In this document: in pieces, positions 14,301-27,570 of the stretch
How the letters are laid out: each line of letters starts with the position of its first letter
How positions within the stretch are numbered: position 1 is the stretch's first letter
Source: Octopus bimaculoides
Taxonomy: Eukaryota
DNA length: 64,000 nt
Direction of reading: 5' to 3'
Assembly: GCF_001194135.2 (NCBI RefSeq)
Contig: NC_068992.1
Location: 6,761,517 to 6,825,516, forward strand
Program-made: the position numbers and the translations under genes
The notes under the pieces: generated by a model
Database searches by the model: none
Told to the model about the DNA's origin: nothing
What the model saw: only the letters and a program-made list of their open reading frames with translations

Positions 14301-14824
14301 TTTTGCTTACATCTATGTTTATTATTAAACCATTTCGGAAAAGTTTCTTGATTTGAGATGTTAGCGGAATAACTTTCTTTCATATTTAACCCGTTACAAA
14401 TTCAATTTTGGTCGTCTGTCACACTGACCTGAACTTTTGTGCACCATACAGAAAACTCGTTAATCAACCTGAGAAATTATGACAGCGTCTTCCTTGTTTG
14501 GTATTGTATCCTTATCAAATATATCATGAAGCAAAACTGAGGGAAATTGAATTCTTTGCTACAAAGGTCGCTGTCTGCGATAGGATGTAGATTATTAATT
14601 AAAATAAACATGGACGAAGCTCTAAAAGAAAGCTATAATAAATCTACTCTGAAAAGAATACAGTATGAAACATCTGAGGAGCTGCATTAACAGACATAAA
14701 GTCGTTAATATAGACGAGTGCCAACTAAATTCATAAATTGTCGAAAGAAACAAAACATAGACGGCTATGATTGGTAAATACAGTGGTCTTAATGAATTAA
14801 AGTATCGATATGCAGTATTAAAAA

Positions 14825-15051
14825 GGCGACGTGCTGACAGAATCGTTAGCAGGCCGGACAAAATTCTCAGCAGAATTTCATCCGTCTTTGCGTTCTGTGT
14901 TCAAATTCCGCCCAGGTTGACTTTGCTTTTCATCTTCTTGGAATCGATAAAATAAGTACCAGTTGAGTACCGAAGTCGATGTTATCGACTAATCCTTCCC
15001 CCCACCCCACCCCGAAACTCCAGGCCTTGTGCCAAAATAAAATTTGAAACC
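14825..15051 (+). mobile_element. tRNA-derived SINE (GGCAGAATCGTTAGCAC family)
   Basis: A-box-like ...gacagaatcgttagc, B-box GTTCAAATTCC, body gttgactttgc..ttcatc..gataaaataagtaccag; at least ten copies in the window. Confidence 0.75.
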
Positions 15052-15384
15052 AATGTGCAGTATCAATGATCATACGTAATATTTTGATAACTTAGTCAAA
15101 GACGGAGGGGTTAAGACCATGACCTACCTTTTTGCAAATACCCAAGACTAGGAGACACAGAAAAGCCCCGTAGCGGCGTTAACTGGGATTTAGGTTATGG
15201 CTATAGATTATATCTACAGTACACATACTACTGCGCAGCTTCCGTCCATCGAAATTCAATACAAAAAGCTTGGATCAACCCGAGAAAAGATACATCAGAA
15301 TTGCTGTAGAGTGAAACCAAATCTGCATCTACTTGTGTGCGAAACGAACTTCCTAACTGCCCAGCCATTCCTTTAGAACGAATC

Positions 15385-16390
15385 CTAGAGTAAAATGGAA
15401 ACTGACAACGGTAAATCTAAAATATCGTGGTTTCCATGACTTAACAGTTAAGGCAAAAAGCCAGCGAGTTTGAAGGTGCAATAAAAAATCAAAAAGTGGA
15501 ATTCTTCAAATAGAATAAAACATTTTGTGTAAACCCAATGAAATTCTATAAAGAATTGGCCCAGAAAACAACACTGATCGATACAACACGGATAAAACAT
15601 CTATAAATAGCTTGTGGCAAGAATTATTGGAAACAGATCAGTTTCATAACAAGAATTCAGAATGGTTGTAAACTGAAAAAGAATATATAAAAGCTCTTGA
15701 GCAGCAGGAATTGTAAGAAGAGATTACAGGAACAAGACCAAAAAAAAAAAAAACTTGGAAAATAAGTGAGAAACTCGAGGAACGGGCAGATTAATAAATT
15801 TTTAGTTATTTCCCGCAGCGGGACATCTTACAAATGGTTGCAATAACAACATGAACTACCGAATATGAAAACAAAATTAGTTCACCAAATAATTTAAGCG
15901 CATCAACCCAATGATATAGTCATTATGTTGTCACTAGAACTGCTAGAAATAACTGTGAAATCTCTCTCAAGTCACAAAATATTGTATGCTACAAAAAAAA
16001 AAAAACCAAATGGAAGGACAGTTTGACTTGTCCAAGTATACTGTGGATAGAAAATGGTGGGATAACCAGAACTGAAATGTTTTTGATCATAGATCTACTC
16101 AAACAGAGCCGACTTGCAGATAAACAAGAAAATAGGTGCATATAATCCTTTAGATTATAGACTAGTAATTCCATTGCAAACTGTGTTCAAAGCATCGAAG
16201 CGCTCATTTTCGGAGGTAAATAACAATAAATTACTAGCACATAAGCAGAAACGTTAAAGAAATCATTTATACGGGGGAAAGAAGAGCTAACAATCAACAG
16301 CAAATATAAACCGGAGTTGAAAGAAAGCAGTGGTGGTTTGTGTGGGCAAAAAGTTATTCAGTAAAGTTCGGAAATTTGGATAAGCTTGCG
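15385..16390 (+). mobile_element. R4/Dong-like non-LTR retrotransposon relic (pre-RT region and RT start)
   Basis: Frameshifted translation KAKSQRV*RCNKK / NKTFCVNPMKFYKELAQK / INSLWQELLETDQFHNKNSEWL, then YNPLDYRLVIPLQTVFKA and NNKLLAHKQKR..YGG/KEELTIN, matching the N..F..N.KKFY..L / FW..IW...HN..A.W and NYRPI.CL..K..LL..EQKG..G.K.QL.IN motifs of R4/Dong ORFs. Confidence 0.65.
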
Positions 16391-17879
16391 TAACTTGAAA
16401 ACAAGAGAATAACGACGTGGGACATACAAAAATATTGTTCGAAACGTCAGGATTTTTGTGTTCCACTGCATATAAAACATACCAAAACTTGCGAGCTTTT
16501 CAGTAAATATTCAAGTTGATAACGGAAATAGAAAGAAGAAACGATACCTCTTAACAATGTGTACTTATCGGAACACATTATTGACTACTGGAATTATTCA
16601 GGTTATATGAGACGAATGTGAAAACAAGATGCCTTCAGGCAAAATAGGGAGAAAAAGTAGGGCACTTTCAACACAGGTCTGTAATGATGTACTTAGCAAG
16701 TACATGCGTATTCTAAGTTTCATCACTATACTTATGCTTAAACTTATATGCCCCTCTATTTTGTGCTAAATAACACAATTTGCAATAAAAAAAAACAATA
16801 TTTTTGTTATCGAGAAAGTAAAATTACTTAACCTTGAAGCAACACTAATTGAGCTATTCAACATATCTATGAGTATTCAGTCAACACAGAATGTGGTGTC
16901 GTGTCGTGAAATGAGTAAATACCACAGTAGTAAAAACGCAAAAAGAATGCAGGGACAGTACATTTGAGTGAATGAAGCCACCATAATTAATGGAAAATGG
17001 TGTCTAAAAATAATTACGAATGGATGATAATGAAACATCATCACCTTGCATAATAAGTCAGTCTAAGAGATTGAAATAAAATAGTATTTCAAAAGAGTGG
17101 AAACAGAATATAAGCATACGAGCCAGTGATAAATATAAGTATAACCATAGGTGATACATCATTTCCATGGATAACGCCATCAACACTGAAGAGAGAAAAA
17201 AAATGTTGATGCTAACGTCATAAGACATTGATACATTTATATTTTGCTGGCTACTTGACGGTAATAGTTTTTTGTCTTTTTTTCTTTTCTCACCTTCCTT
17301 AAATGAATTCAGCCTACTATACTCCCAGCTATGTCTACTGTTCTTTCCTCGAGCAACGGTAAATTCTCTACGTGGTTCTTCAGCCTGTTTTAAATAGCAA
17401 CCGAAGCTTCACTCAAACTAGACCCAACCAGTGTATTACTATAAAAATACTGTGGATAATGTATTTACTGGTGCGTATTTCTGAGAAAAGTAAATTATCT
17501 GATAGCTATGGTTTGGATTCCTTCATCATAAGCTTTCTTACCTTATGATGGCATGGCGGCTAAACAACAATACCCACTGCAACCATATTGATATCATAAA
17601 CACCAGAATCATCCACTACTCCAAGAACTACTTTTTAAATAGGATTTCACTTTGTCAAGGATGGTAATAATGGTTATAAGTTCTGGCATAAGCAATTATT
17701 AGAGGAATGTAATGTCGATTACATCGACCCAACTGGTACTTTTTCATCGAAACTGAAAGGATGAAATATGAAAAGAAATAACAAAATAAAAATTAGACAT
17801 GGCATAATGATGAGACAAGATGAAATATTGGGTTTGGAGAGCCCACAAGTAATGACTCAACGCTGCTCTCACACAGGAG

Positions 17880-17964
17880 TACGTTCAAATTGGCCACATT
17901 CATGCTCAACGATCGTGCCACTTGCATCCATCTAGTCCTGAACACGCGCGGCGGTAATATCTCT

Positions 17965-18044
<80 letters not shown>

Positions 18045-18840
18045 TCTCTCTCTAACCTTATTTTTCTTTTGAGATGGTAAGAAAAATAACTTAACAGACC
18101 TTGGCCAGTGAGAAAGTTGCCCGTCTTAATGCCTTTCCCTCTCGCCAACCAAACGGCCTCTTTTGCTATGGCTACCAAGCAGAGAAACGTTGCCTGCCTT
18201 TCTCGCCTAAGGAAAGGAGGTGGGACAATCTTAATGATGGACTCAGCTGATAACTGTACTCCTCCCAGATGGGACAGCGAGTGTTCTACGTAAACCCATA
18301 GATCCGAAATCAATAGACACTGTACGATAGCGTGCAGAACAGTTTCGTTGCTCTGTTCACATGTCCGTGTGTCTGCACATCTGTGCCTGAAAAGTTTATC
18401 GCGAACAGGCAGAGCTCCTCGGTAGCACTGCCAGGCCAAGGATTTCAGGTAGTTATCCGTGGGCCCTGGCCCAAATGTCCTCCGGAACAGACTGGTGAGT
18501 TGACCGTCATCGAGGCCCAGAGTCCCCCACTCCCAACAGGGTGTCATCGTACCTACCAGCCATTACCCTCTATAAAAAGACGAGGTGGAACCCCCACTGC
18601 TCTCATTGCCCGCCCGGCAGAGAAGCGAGAAAGCCTGACGGTACACTGCTTGCCAAGCACCCAACCCAGGTCTACGCTTGATCAATGAATTCAATTTGCT
18701 AAAGGAGTCGAACTGCGGGAAGATCAGTTTCACGAAGGGCGACCACACCTGTTCACCGTCTAGGTAGAGCCGGAGATGTCTCAGCCTAAGCGCATGTCTG
18801 TGCATTTTCAGCCAAGGCATGCCGAGCCCTCCCTTTATAT
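17880..18840 (-). mobile_element. 5'-truncated Tx1/L1-clade LINE, ORF2 C-terminus with zf-RVT knuckle
   Basis: KGGLGMPWL...WSPFVKLIFPQ (ORF 18563-18880), then LAWQCYRGALPVRDKLFRH..C...ETVLHAIVQC...DLW (ORF 17906-18547); continues after the (GA)n tract as ILPPRVFRTRWMQVAR. Confidence 0.85.
17962..18052. repeat. (CT)n/(GA)n microsatellite inside LINE ORF2
   Basis: Direct reading; in frame as (ER)n on the minus strand. Confidence 0.95.
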
Positions 18841-19347
18841 ATATATATATGCATACTCGTGCGCGTGTACACACACACATTTTCAGAGACGTTGGGCCTT
18901 AATGAAAGAAAAGGGAAACAATGTCCTCAAACCGGAAACATGGCCCAAACGCATGCGTTAGAGCAGATTTGAAGCGAGATACTTTAAGGATCAGCTGATG
19001 TTAAATCCGAGTGACAGGTTAGTCATTTCACCAATAGTCCTTTTACTTGGCTCCCTAAATTAATTTCGTCTACCTTGGTCGACCTTAGCGTTAAGATAAA
19101 TGATACTTAATTAAGGTGCCACGAAATCGGATCGAAATCCGAACTACATAGGTGCAAAGCGAACTCTTTGACCCCGTTATATAAACGCTTGCAATGCGGG
19201 CTCACACATCATGGTGTGCTATTAATACGTAACTATTCTTACAAAAGGTAATCACATACATATAAATCCATAAACACACACATATAGATAAGTACAAATA
19301 GATATAAATATTAAGAATGTTCATTTATTCTTGCGTATATACAACTC

Positions 19348-19357
19348 NNNNNNNNNN
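19348..19357. other. Assembly gap (10 N)
   Basis: Run of N. Confidence 1.
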
Positions 19358-19994
19358 ATTTATAAGCGCAGATTCTTTTAAAATTCTTCAGTGGAGAAGA
19401 AATACAACTTCTTGCATGTTTTCTTTCCTTCTTTCCTTCCATTATTAATTGTTTTCTGTTTTTAACTATTTTGTTTTGTTGTCTAGTAGATTTGTTGATT
19501 TGTATAAATAACTAAACCGAACAAAAGCAACAAAAACTAACGAAAGCTACAAAAACTACCGTCAATTAAATATTTATTTTAGATTAGATTACTTCTTAGT
19601 TCATATGTGCGTGAATAGTTTATCTAGCTACTTATGATATTAGCACGGTAGATTAGACTCAAAATAACAAACGATAGTGCAACGATTCTTTTAGTTTATA
19701 CTGTACAGCAAACTACACATCAACTATACGATCGAGCTGTCTGCAATATCATTGTCGAAAAGCTTAATGAAGCTGAAGAATCTGCTAAAATGAGATAAAC
19801 ATCTACGGTTCAATGTGGACAGTGGAATAAAACAAAAATCGCAATGTATTTATATTATATTTGTATTCGTAATTTAAAGATATTGTCTTTTTTATTCTTT
19901 TATTTATAGTACATACTCTCTTATCTCTTTTTCACTTTCTCTCTCACATATACAAAAATAAGCACAAACAACTATATATTTTATCTTCAGCGCC

Positions 19995-20420
19995 ATCATC
20001 ATCGTCACCATCATCATTATCAACATCATAAACTGCCGTCGATAGTCGACGATGAATGTCCATATGAAATGTCATTAGCTTATAACATCAGAAGTGGATT
20101 GCATTCTTCAAGATCTTTCATGTTACGATTAACCACATCTTTGAATCTCGATCGGAACCTAAATTTTTAGCAACAAGGAGTAAATTATTTGTCTTAACAA
20201 CCACGGTTTCTCCATTCTTTGGGCATACCCAAGCCAGTTGAACTTTCATCGTACCAATAATTCTTCAATAGCAAGTTTGGCTTTCTCTTGTCCCTCCAGG
20301 TGCTTCCGATCTCACTTGAGTGTCTCATTGTGAACACACACACTTTTCTTGCTTACTTGAAGCATAATGTCTAGGTCTCCGATCTTTACAGTCGCATGAA
20401 ACAACACCATTGTTCGGTAC
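19995..20420 (-). mobile_element. RTE-clade LINE 3' fragment (RT C-terminus plus (GAT)n tail)
   Basis: Minus translation KVYRTMVL...FNWLGYAQRMEKPWLLRQIIYSLL...RFKDVVNRNMKDL matches RTE LRW.GHV.RM...RLPK..LY..L..R.KD.; followed by a (GAT)-rich tail (catcatcat on plus at ~19995-20030). Confidence 0.75.
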
Positions 20421-20543
20421 ACTTTGCATATCACATGAACTGAGATGTGCTTATTATTGAAAAGTTAATTTTTTAACATACATATGACTACACGATCTCG
20501 ATCAGCCTGGTATCTTATTCATCACTGATTGTACTACCCAGAT

Positions 20544-20932
20544 GTGGAGGCGCAATGTGCCAATGGTTAGGGCAGCGGACTTGCGGTCATAGGATCACCG
20601 TTTCGATTCCCAGACCGGACGTTGTGAGTGTTTATTGAGTGAAAACACCTAAAGCTCCATGAGGCTCCGGCAGGGGATGGTGGCGAACCCTGCTGTACTC
20701 TTCAACCACAACTTTCTCTCACTCTTACTTCCTGTTTCTGTTGTGCCTGTAATGCAAAAGGGTCAGCCTTGTCACACTGTGTCACGCTGAATATCCCCGA
20801 GAACTACGTTAAGGGTACACGTGTCTGTGGAGTGCTCAGCCACTTGCACGTTAATTTCACGAGCAGGCTGTTCCATTGATCGGATCACCAGGAACCTTCG
20901 ACGTCGTAAGCGACGGAGTGCCAACAACAACA
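20544..20932 (+). mobile_element. Full-length young tRNA-derived SINE with perfect 13-bp TSD
   Basis: TSD GTACTACCCAGAT at 20531-20543 and 20933-20945; A-box-like TGTGCCAATGG, B-box GTTTCGATTCC; (AAC)n tail; near-identical inverted copy at 39660-40047. Confidence 0.92.
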
Positions 20933-21776
20933 GTACTACCCAGATATACCCAGATAGAGTAGTTTACCTCTACAAGCAACGAGCCTTTACTCTTCGATAC
21001 TAATGGGTTTACACGGAAACATTTCGGCCGTGTCAAATTTAACTGAAAGTTTTCCAGGTGATAATTTTGAAGTACCCCACCACCAAATTTTGAAACCCCA
21101 TCCAACAGATACTGCAAAGACATGATCATTAGCAAACAAGAATTTTCTCACTAAAAGGTGAGCTTTTTTTTCATTTTAGCTTTGAGGTGCCAAAACCCTG
21201 AACAGTGACGTGTAGTTGCTACATATATATGCGTGTATATATGATACGTGTGTGTGTGTGTGTGTATACACACATAGGTGTGAGTAAATACGTGTACATG
21301 TACGTAAATATGTATATATATTTATGTGTATATGTAGATGTGTCTGTGTAGGCTTGCACACACATCCTGGAGTTTACAAAGAGGAGACAGATCTCACAAT
21401 AGAAATAAATTCTCATAATTTGTTATGGTACTAAGATTAATTTCAGTTACTATTCTGAGTTTTGCGAGTGTCACTGATTATGTTACTGATATCGGGAGTG
21501 CAAAATACAGTATATTTATAACAAACATTTGAAGAGTGGCTTTTACTGAAATAGATAAAAAGCGTCTAAATCGAAAATAGAAAAAAAGAAGAGAAAAACA
21601 GTACAATTACAAATAGATAAAAATACAAAAATAAGGAAGTATATATGTATGTGCGTGCGCATAAGTATGTATATATTTATATACATATGTATATATACAC
21701 ATCTATATATTTTTATATGCTTATATACTATGTACAATCACATAGGCTTCTACACACACACACACACATACCTGTA

Positions 21777-21923
21777 TGTATGTATTTATGTATGCATGTA
21801 CCCAACATTTATGTGTATGTGCATATAAGTACGCACACGCTTACATGTATGTATTTATGTATGCATGTACCCGACATTTATGTGTATGTGCATATAAGTA
21901 CGCACACGCTTACATGTATGTAT
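21777..21923. repeat. 69-bp minisatellite, ~2.1 copies
   Basis: Units 21777-21845 and 21846-21914 differ at one base (cccaac/cccgac). Confidence 0.9.
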
Positions 21924-23068
21924 ACACACATACACATACATGCATAAGAAAAAGTCAGTCGCTGTGGGGAATGAAGCTTTGTTGTTACAAAGAGAGTTCG
22001 TTATTCAAGTTTGAGATGACATGCTAAGCACAGAAGAATTTTTACATCTATCAAAAAAAATGACTAGCAACGACCAATAAAGTATGAAAAATAACGTGAA
22101 ACAGAAAGTAGGGAAAAATAAAAACTTGGAGAGAGAAAGAGAAAAGAAAGGGAGATAACATGGAGATGGTGGATCTCCATCTTTCAACGATTTAGATTGA
22201 GTTGTTCGATCAACTGAAAAATCTGCCCCGTAATTAACGTGGAAGTGACTAAGTTTTCCACATTTACGTCTATTTTTGTAATTTTCAAGCAATTTCTGCC
22301 ACAATTCACCCAAATTGATTTCTGTACAGTTTTCGCATTCTCCGTTTCACTCGCAGCTTATGGATCGAACTAAGATTATAAGATTATATAAATGATATTT
22401 GCCCAGGAGGCAAAGCGATGGGATCGAACGCAGACCTCGCAGTTACGAATCGAAATTCTTAACCCTTTGGCCATACTGCACTAACATATACGTGTCTGTG
22501 TATAAATATATACACATAAGTACATAGGGATGAAATATTGCATGTTGCATATGCAGCTGCATATTCTCTATGCACCAGAAACATATGTCGGTCATTTTGC
22601 TACATCCTTTTATGTTCTGGGTTCGAATCGTACTAAGGTTGCATTTTATCTTTCATTTTTCTGGGGCTTAATAAACAGATACCAGCCGTTTGTTAGAAAC
22701 GATTTAATCAAATTTATCGTCCTCCATAATTTGTGGCTTGCTGCCATTGTTGCAAATCGATATATTTGACAGCACGTTATTAAATGTTATATTAAAAAAT
22801 TGAATATCAAACAACATTTGAAAGTTTAATTTTATTTATTTATAGTAGCGTTGTGTATTGGGTTTAGCGATCAGATTTGATGATAAACTGTCCAACTGTC
22901 TAGTAATTCAACTCACCTTCTCAATTACTATAACGAAATATTAATTTCTTTCCAAAGTATAACATTTCGTTCGCTTGTTGAAATAGATAAACTCGGCCGA
23001 TGTTGCCGTTCACTTCCTATGATATCACCAAGACAAACGACTCATTCGTCTTTCTCTACTCGACATTT

Positions 23069-23563
23069 ATCTTTTCTATTATCTTTTACTTGTTTCAGTC
23101 ATTCGGCTGCAGCCAAGCTGGGACACCGCCATCAAAGGTTTAACCGAACAAATCAAACCTATTACTTATTTTCTGAAATCTGATGCTTATTCTATCGCTC
23201 TTTGCTGAATTCGCTAAGTTATAGGAACGTAAATAAACCAGCACAATTGTCAAGCGGTGAGGGGGGGCATACATAACCACATACACAAACATATATGTGT
23301 ATACACACACACACACATTCCAAATAACGCTTTGGAGTATTCGTTCTGGCTCCCTATCGTCTAAATTCAAGCCCCGCCCAGTGAAATTGTTTGGAATCTT
23401 TAAGGGGTCACTAAATAAGTACCAATCCACTAACGTCTATAAGACGAGCTTCCACACTGTTCTATTTACCAAATTCATTCAAAGCTATCGTTCGGTCCAG
23501 GGCTGTAGTAGAAGGCGATTGTATGCGGTCGCAAAGCGAACCTCTGAACCATACAGCCACGCC
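23069..23563 (-). mobile_element. CORE-type SINE (degenerate, interrupted)
   Basis: tcttttacttgtttcagtcatt tail at left, ...agtagaaggc...catacagccacgcc head at right; another SINE piece inserted ~23320-23430. Confidence 0.7.
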
Positions 23564-23699
23564 TCACAACTAATTCTGGCTAACAAATCTCTCATTTGTT
23601 TTTGCTCTCTCTTCAAAGACATGAATTCAAAACGCCTGCGTCTGTACTTCTCTCGCTAATTGAATCTATTCAACACTCGAAGTACTTTACTATGGTTGG

Positions 23700-23919
23700 A
23701 TAATGTTTCAAATTCTGGCACAAGGCCAGCAATTTTAGAAAAGAGTATAGTTGATTACATGAACCCCATTGCTCAACTGGTACTCATCATTTTATTGAAC
23801 ACGAAAGGGTGAAAGGCAAAGTCAACCTCAGTGTTATTTGAATTCGGAAAGTAAAGAGACGGAAGAAATGCCGCTGAGCATTTTGTTCGACACGCTAACG
23901 ATTCTGCCAGCTCACCATC

Positions 23920-23981
<62 letters not shown>

Positions 23982-24265
23982 CCTTTCCACTATAGGCACA
24001 AGGCCCGAAATTTGGTGGAAGGTGACCAGTCGATTACATTGACCCTAGTGTTTCACTGGTACTTAATTTATCGACCCCGAAAGTATGAAAGACAAAGTCG
24101 AACTCGGTGGAATTTGAACTCAGAACGTTAGGACAGACGAAATGCCGCTAGTGGAGATCATCGACTCTAGCACTTGACTGGTACTTATTTTATCGATCCT
24201 GAAGGAATGATAGGCAAGGTCGACCTCGGCGGAACTTGAACTCAGAAGGCAAAGACAGACGAAAG
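23700..24265 (-). mobile_element. Head-to-tail cluster of GGCAGAATCGTTAGCAC-family SINEs separated by (AAT)n
   Basis: Copies ~23700-23918 and ~23980-24150 plus partial ~24150-24265; (AAT)n at 23922-23980. Confidence 0.75.
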
Positions 24266-25009
24266 GTCAATTGGTTCTTTTGTTTGCCACGGGGCGACAA
24301 ATGCTGGTGGTAAGGACGTGTTACCAGAAAGGATATTTTTTTGTTTATTGGCTACGTTGTGGACAGTACAAGGACAATTATAATGATACTAATAAATCAG
24401 TATATCAAATCAATTATAAGAAAATAAACAGCTTAAAAAATTCTGAGTTCCTCACCATGCGAAGATGAAAATATGAATTCGCTGCTAAAAATGTCATCAA
24501 CTACGTGGTCACAAGATGACGAACAACCTCGGTTAAAACCTCACAGCAAAAAAATTGAGCTATTTACTGAAAAGATCTTCATGATAGGTTTAATGATGTG
24601 TCGTTATGGTGATGAAATCTTACTTCTAGTATGATCTGCGAGGAAAAGATGACAAGGTAGTGGTAAAGGGGGAATATAATACACTTTCTAGATATCTAGA
24701 TATATAACTATTATTAAGTTAAAATTGCCAAAGTTTTCTTTTTTCACTATCACTTCTCGTATATTCTCTTGGCTAAGTTTTATTGAAAAAAAAAATGTAA
24801 AATAAAACAGCAAAAGAAGAAATAAATATAGAAAAAAGCTTGTCATTAAATCAACCAGTTATGTCTTCAGAATAGTGTATAAATATACTAAAGTGATAAA
24901 GAATTTGCTGACGAAATTACAACATTATTACTGATTGTCAAGCACACGTCTTACGAACGGACATGTAACACGTCAAAAGCCACAACCTTTGAATACACAC
25001 GCGCGCGCT

Positions 25010-25043
<34 letters not shown>

Positions 25044-25170
25044 CACACACGCACACACATTCGCAGGCACACACACACACATTCGCAGGCACACACACGC
25101 ACACACATTCGCAGGCACACACACACACATTCGCAGGCACACACACACACACACATTCGCAGGCACACAC
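25010..25170. repeat. Compound (AC)n array with five ATTCGCAGGCAC motifs
   Basis: Motif starts near 25059, 25081, 25107, 25129 and 25155, separated by variable (AC)n. Confidence 0.9.
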
Positions 25171-25497
25171 ATGTGTGCACAAGTATAAGTTCACACAAAC
25201 ACAGCGGTACATGGGTATGTCTTTGCATATATTAATTCACACATATATACACATATATACACATATATACATATATATATATACATATATATACATATAT
25301 ATAATACGTGTAATGGGTATTTCTACAAGTATCTATATTTGTCGGAGTGCGTATCTCTGACTGACATCAAAGAAATCGTAAGAAATTCACAGACATGTCA
25401 CACATTCTTCATCTAAGCAAAATCTACCTTTTAAAATCTATCCTGAAACACAAATTCAGACACATAAACACTTATGTATAAGTGTGTGTGTGTGTGT

Positions 25498-25540
<43 letters not shown>

Positions 25541-26218
25541 TGTTTGTGAGTGTGTGTGCGTGCGTCTGTGTGTGTGTCTGTGTGTGATTTTGAATAACAC
25601 ATACATACAGACAGACGTTGATATCGATATTGGCGCAATATACATAGATGTAATACATACATGCAATATATATATATATATATATATATATATGGGGGGG
25701 GGGTATGTGTATGTATGTATGTATATATATGTATATATATATATTATACGTACATATATATACATATGTATGTAACACATACACTCACACCCACATACAC
25801 ACACACATTTAAAATAGTAGTAATATTTGTCCGCATAGAGTAATTAGCTTTCTGTGTTTATTCCCTGCACGCTAAGGAGTGTGGCAGGAAGAGGGTGTCA
25901 AAAGAAAATAGAACCCGAGTGAATGGTTGCAGGAGACGTAAAACGAATCTTATTGAACGGATGTGCTGTTCACTTGTCACGCTAGACTAGAGCAGAGTGC
26001 CAAATACAGAAAGAGTGACAGAAAGAGACTATGTTACAGTAAGAGATGTAACATAGTCAGATGTGTTTTCATTGACACAAGATACAGGTGTAGAGTAATA
26101 TTTAGATCATATTATACCCCCCCCCCACACACACACATATATAGTTTCTGTTCCGTTAAGGTAAAATAAGATCAGCAAAAAAAGACTCCTTCCAGTGAGA
26201 GATATCATTCAATGTGCA

Positions 26219-26399
26219 TAGTATAAAGATACGAGCTTCTCATAGTATCTTGCTGTAAAGACACGTACCTAGACATGTTTTATAACACGCCTTGTGTCTA
26301 CGAAATTTTCAGGCTCTTGAACACACAAAGCGTGCCATAAAAACTTCTTTAGACACATATTTTCACAAGAAACTATTGGTAGCTCGTATCTTTATACTG
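26219..26399. mobile_element. Fold-back (palindromic) MITE, probable TA target
   Basis: TAGTATAAAGATACGAGCTTCTCATAGT vs reverse complement of right end CAGTATAAAGATACGAGCTACCAATAGT; inner arms TTTATAACACGCCTTGTGT / ACACAAAGCGTGCCATAAAA; flanks CA | TA. Confidence 0.8.
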
Positions 26400-27208
26400 T
26401 ATATCTTTATATATAACTTAAAGCCTGCTTTACTTTGAACCGTCAACCCCTGACAGAGTCGTAGAGGTGCCATCCTCACATACAGCAGATTTTGTGCACT
26501 TTTAGGTTGAGTTGTACTCACCGCTCTTCAGATCTGACCAAAGTCGATTTCTTCCTGAAGGAGTGTGTCAGAGAGATAGACAGACAGAAGAAAAACACAG
26601 AATTACTCACATATATACATAGATCTCTTGAAGGTATATTTATGCAAATATATTCACTTATGTGTAAACCAAAGAGGAAGCCTTGACGATCTAGAAAGAA
26701 AGGCCAAATCTGCAATCGTTCATATTCAAACGTTTCAATATTTCATCTTCGAGGCACACTGCCTGAAAAAATAATGCATAGTTATGGTTTAAACGTCTTT
26801 GATCTAAGTCTGCTCGATCAGAAGTGACCTGGAGTAATCAACAACAACATGAAGCAAGCAAACATGAATCTTTTTGATCTGCAAAGGATTATCTTTTCCA
26901 TAAGCATCACAGATAAAGCATAATATTGTATCGTTGCATTAAATAATATCATATATAATTCCAAATACCGAAGGTAGTCAAACGGACAAAGTTAGATTAA
27001 TCAATAGTTCATATCGCAGCAGCATTGCACAGTTTTCTTTCTCAAAATCCCAAACATCTTAACTGTCACAAACAGAGTCTACTATGCAGTAGACACCATG
27101 GCGTAGATACAGCTTAACTTGTCATTTAACCCAGGCCAGCTCTGCTCCAGTAGACTTCGGCTGAAAAGCGTTCCAGCTGTGACTATCTCTTATTATTACT
27201 ATCTTTCT

Positions 27209-27370
27209 AAGGCGACGAGATGGCAGAATCGTTACTGCACCGAGCAAAATGCTTATCGGTATTTCGCCTATCCTTACGTTCTGAGTTCAAATTCCGCCGA
27301 AGTTGCCTTTCATCCTCTCGGGGACGATAAAATAAGTACCAGTGGAACAGTGAGATCGATATAATCAACC
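27209..27370 (+). mobile_element. tRNA-derived SINE (GGCAGAATCGTTAGCAC family)
   Basis: aaggcgacgagatggcagaatcgtt...gagttcaaattccgccgaagttgcctttcatcc...; an opposite-orientation copy lies at ~27640-27860. Confidence 0.75.
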
Positions 27371-27528
27371 AACTTTCGTTTTTTAAAGACTTTAGGTTGT
27401 GATTATAAGGAAATTATACTGGTATTTTTAGCAAGTTAAACAACTCAGTAGATGCTTCCTCTTAACAGTACTATGCAGTGAAGTAATATTTCATGTTTCC
27501 TCTTGAAAAATCAGAGAAGGGGCCCTAA

Positions 27529-27570
<42 letters not shown>

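Noticed and set aside
13770-14330. Possible Tc1-like transposase relic on the minus strand
   Set aside because: No recognisable DDE motif could be reconstructed.
20544-20620. tRNA gene (also heads at 39970-40047, 32678-32724, 22390-22480)
   Set aside because: A/B boxes are present but I see no complete cloverleaf, and the heads continue into SINE bodies (with TSDs for the 20544 and 39660 copies).
25059-25170. CRISPR-like repeat-spacer look
   Set aside because: The repeat is only 12 bp, the spacers are (AC)n rather than unique sequence, the DNA is eukaryotic and there are no cas genes.
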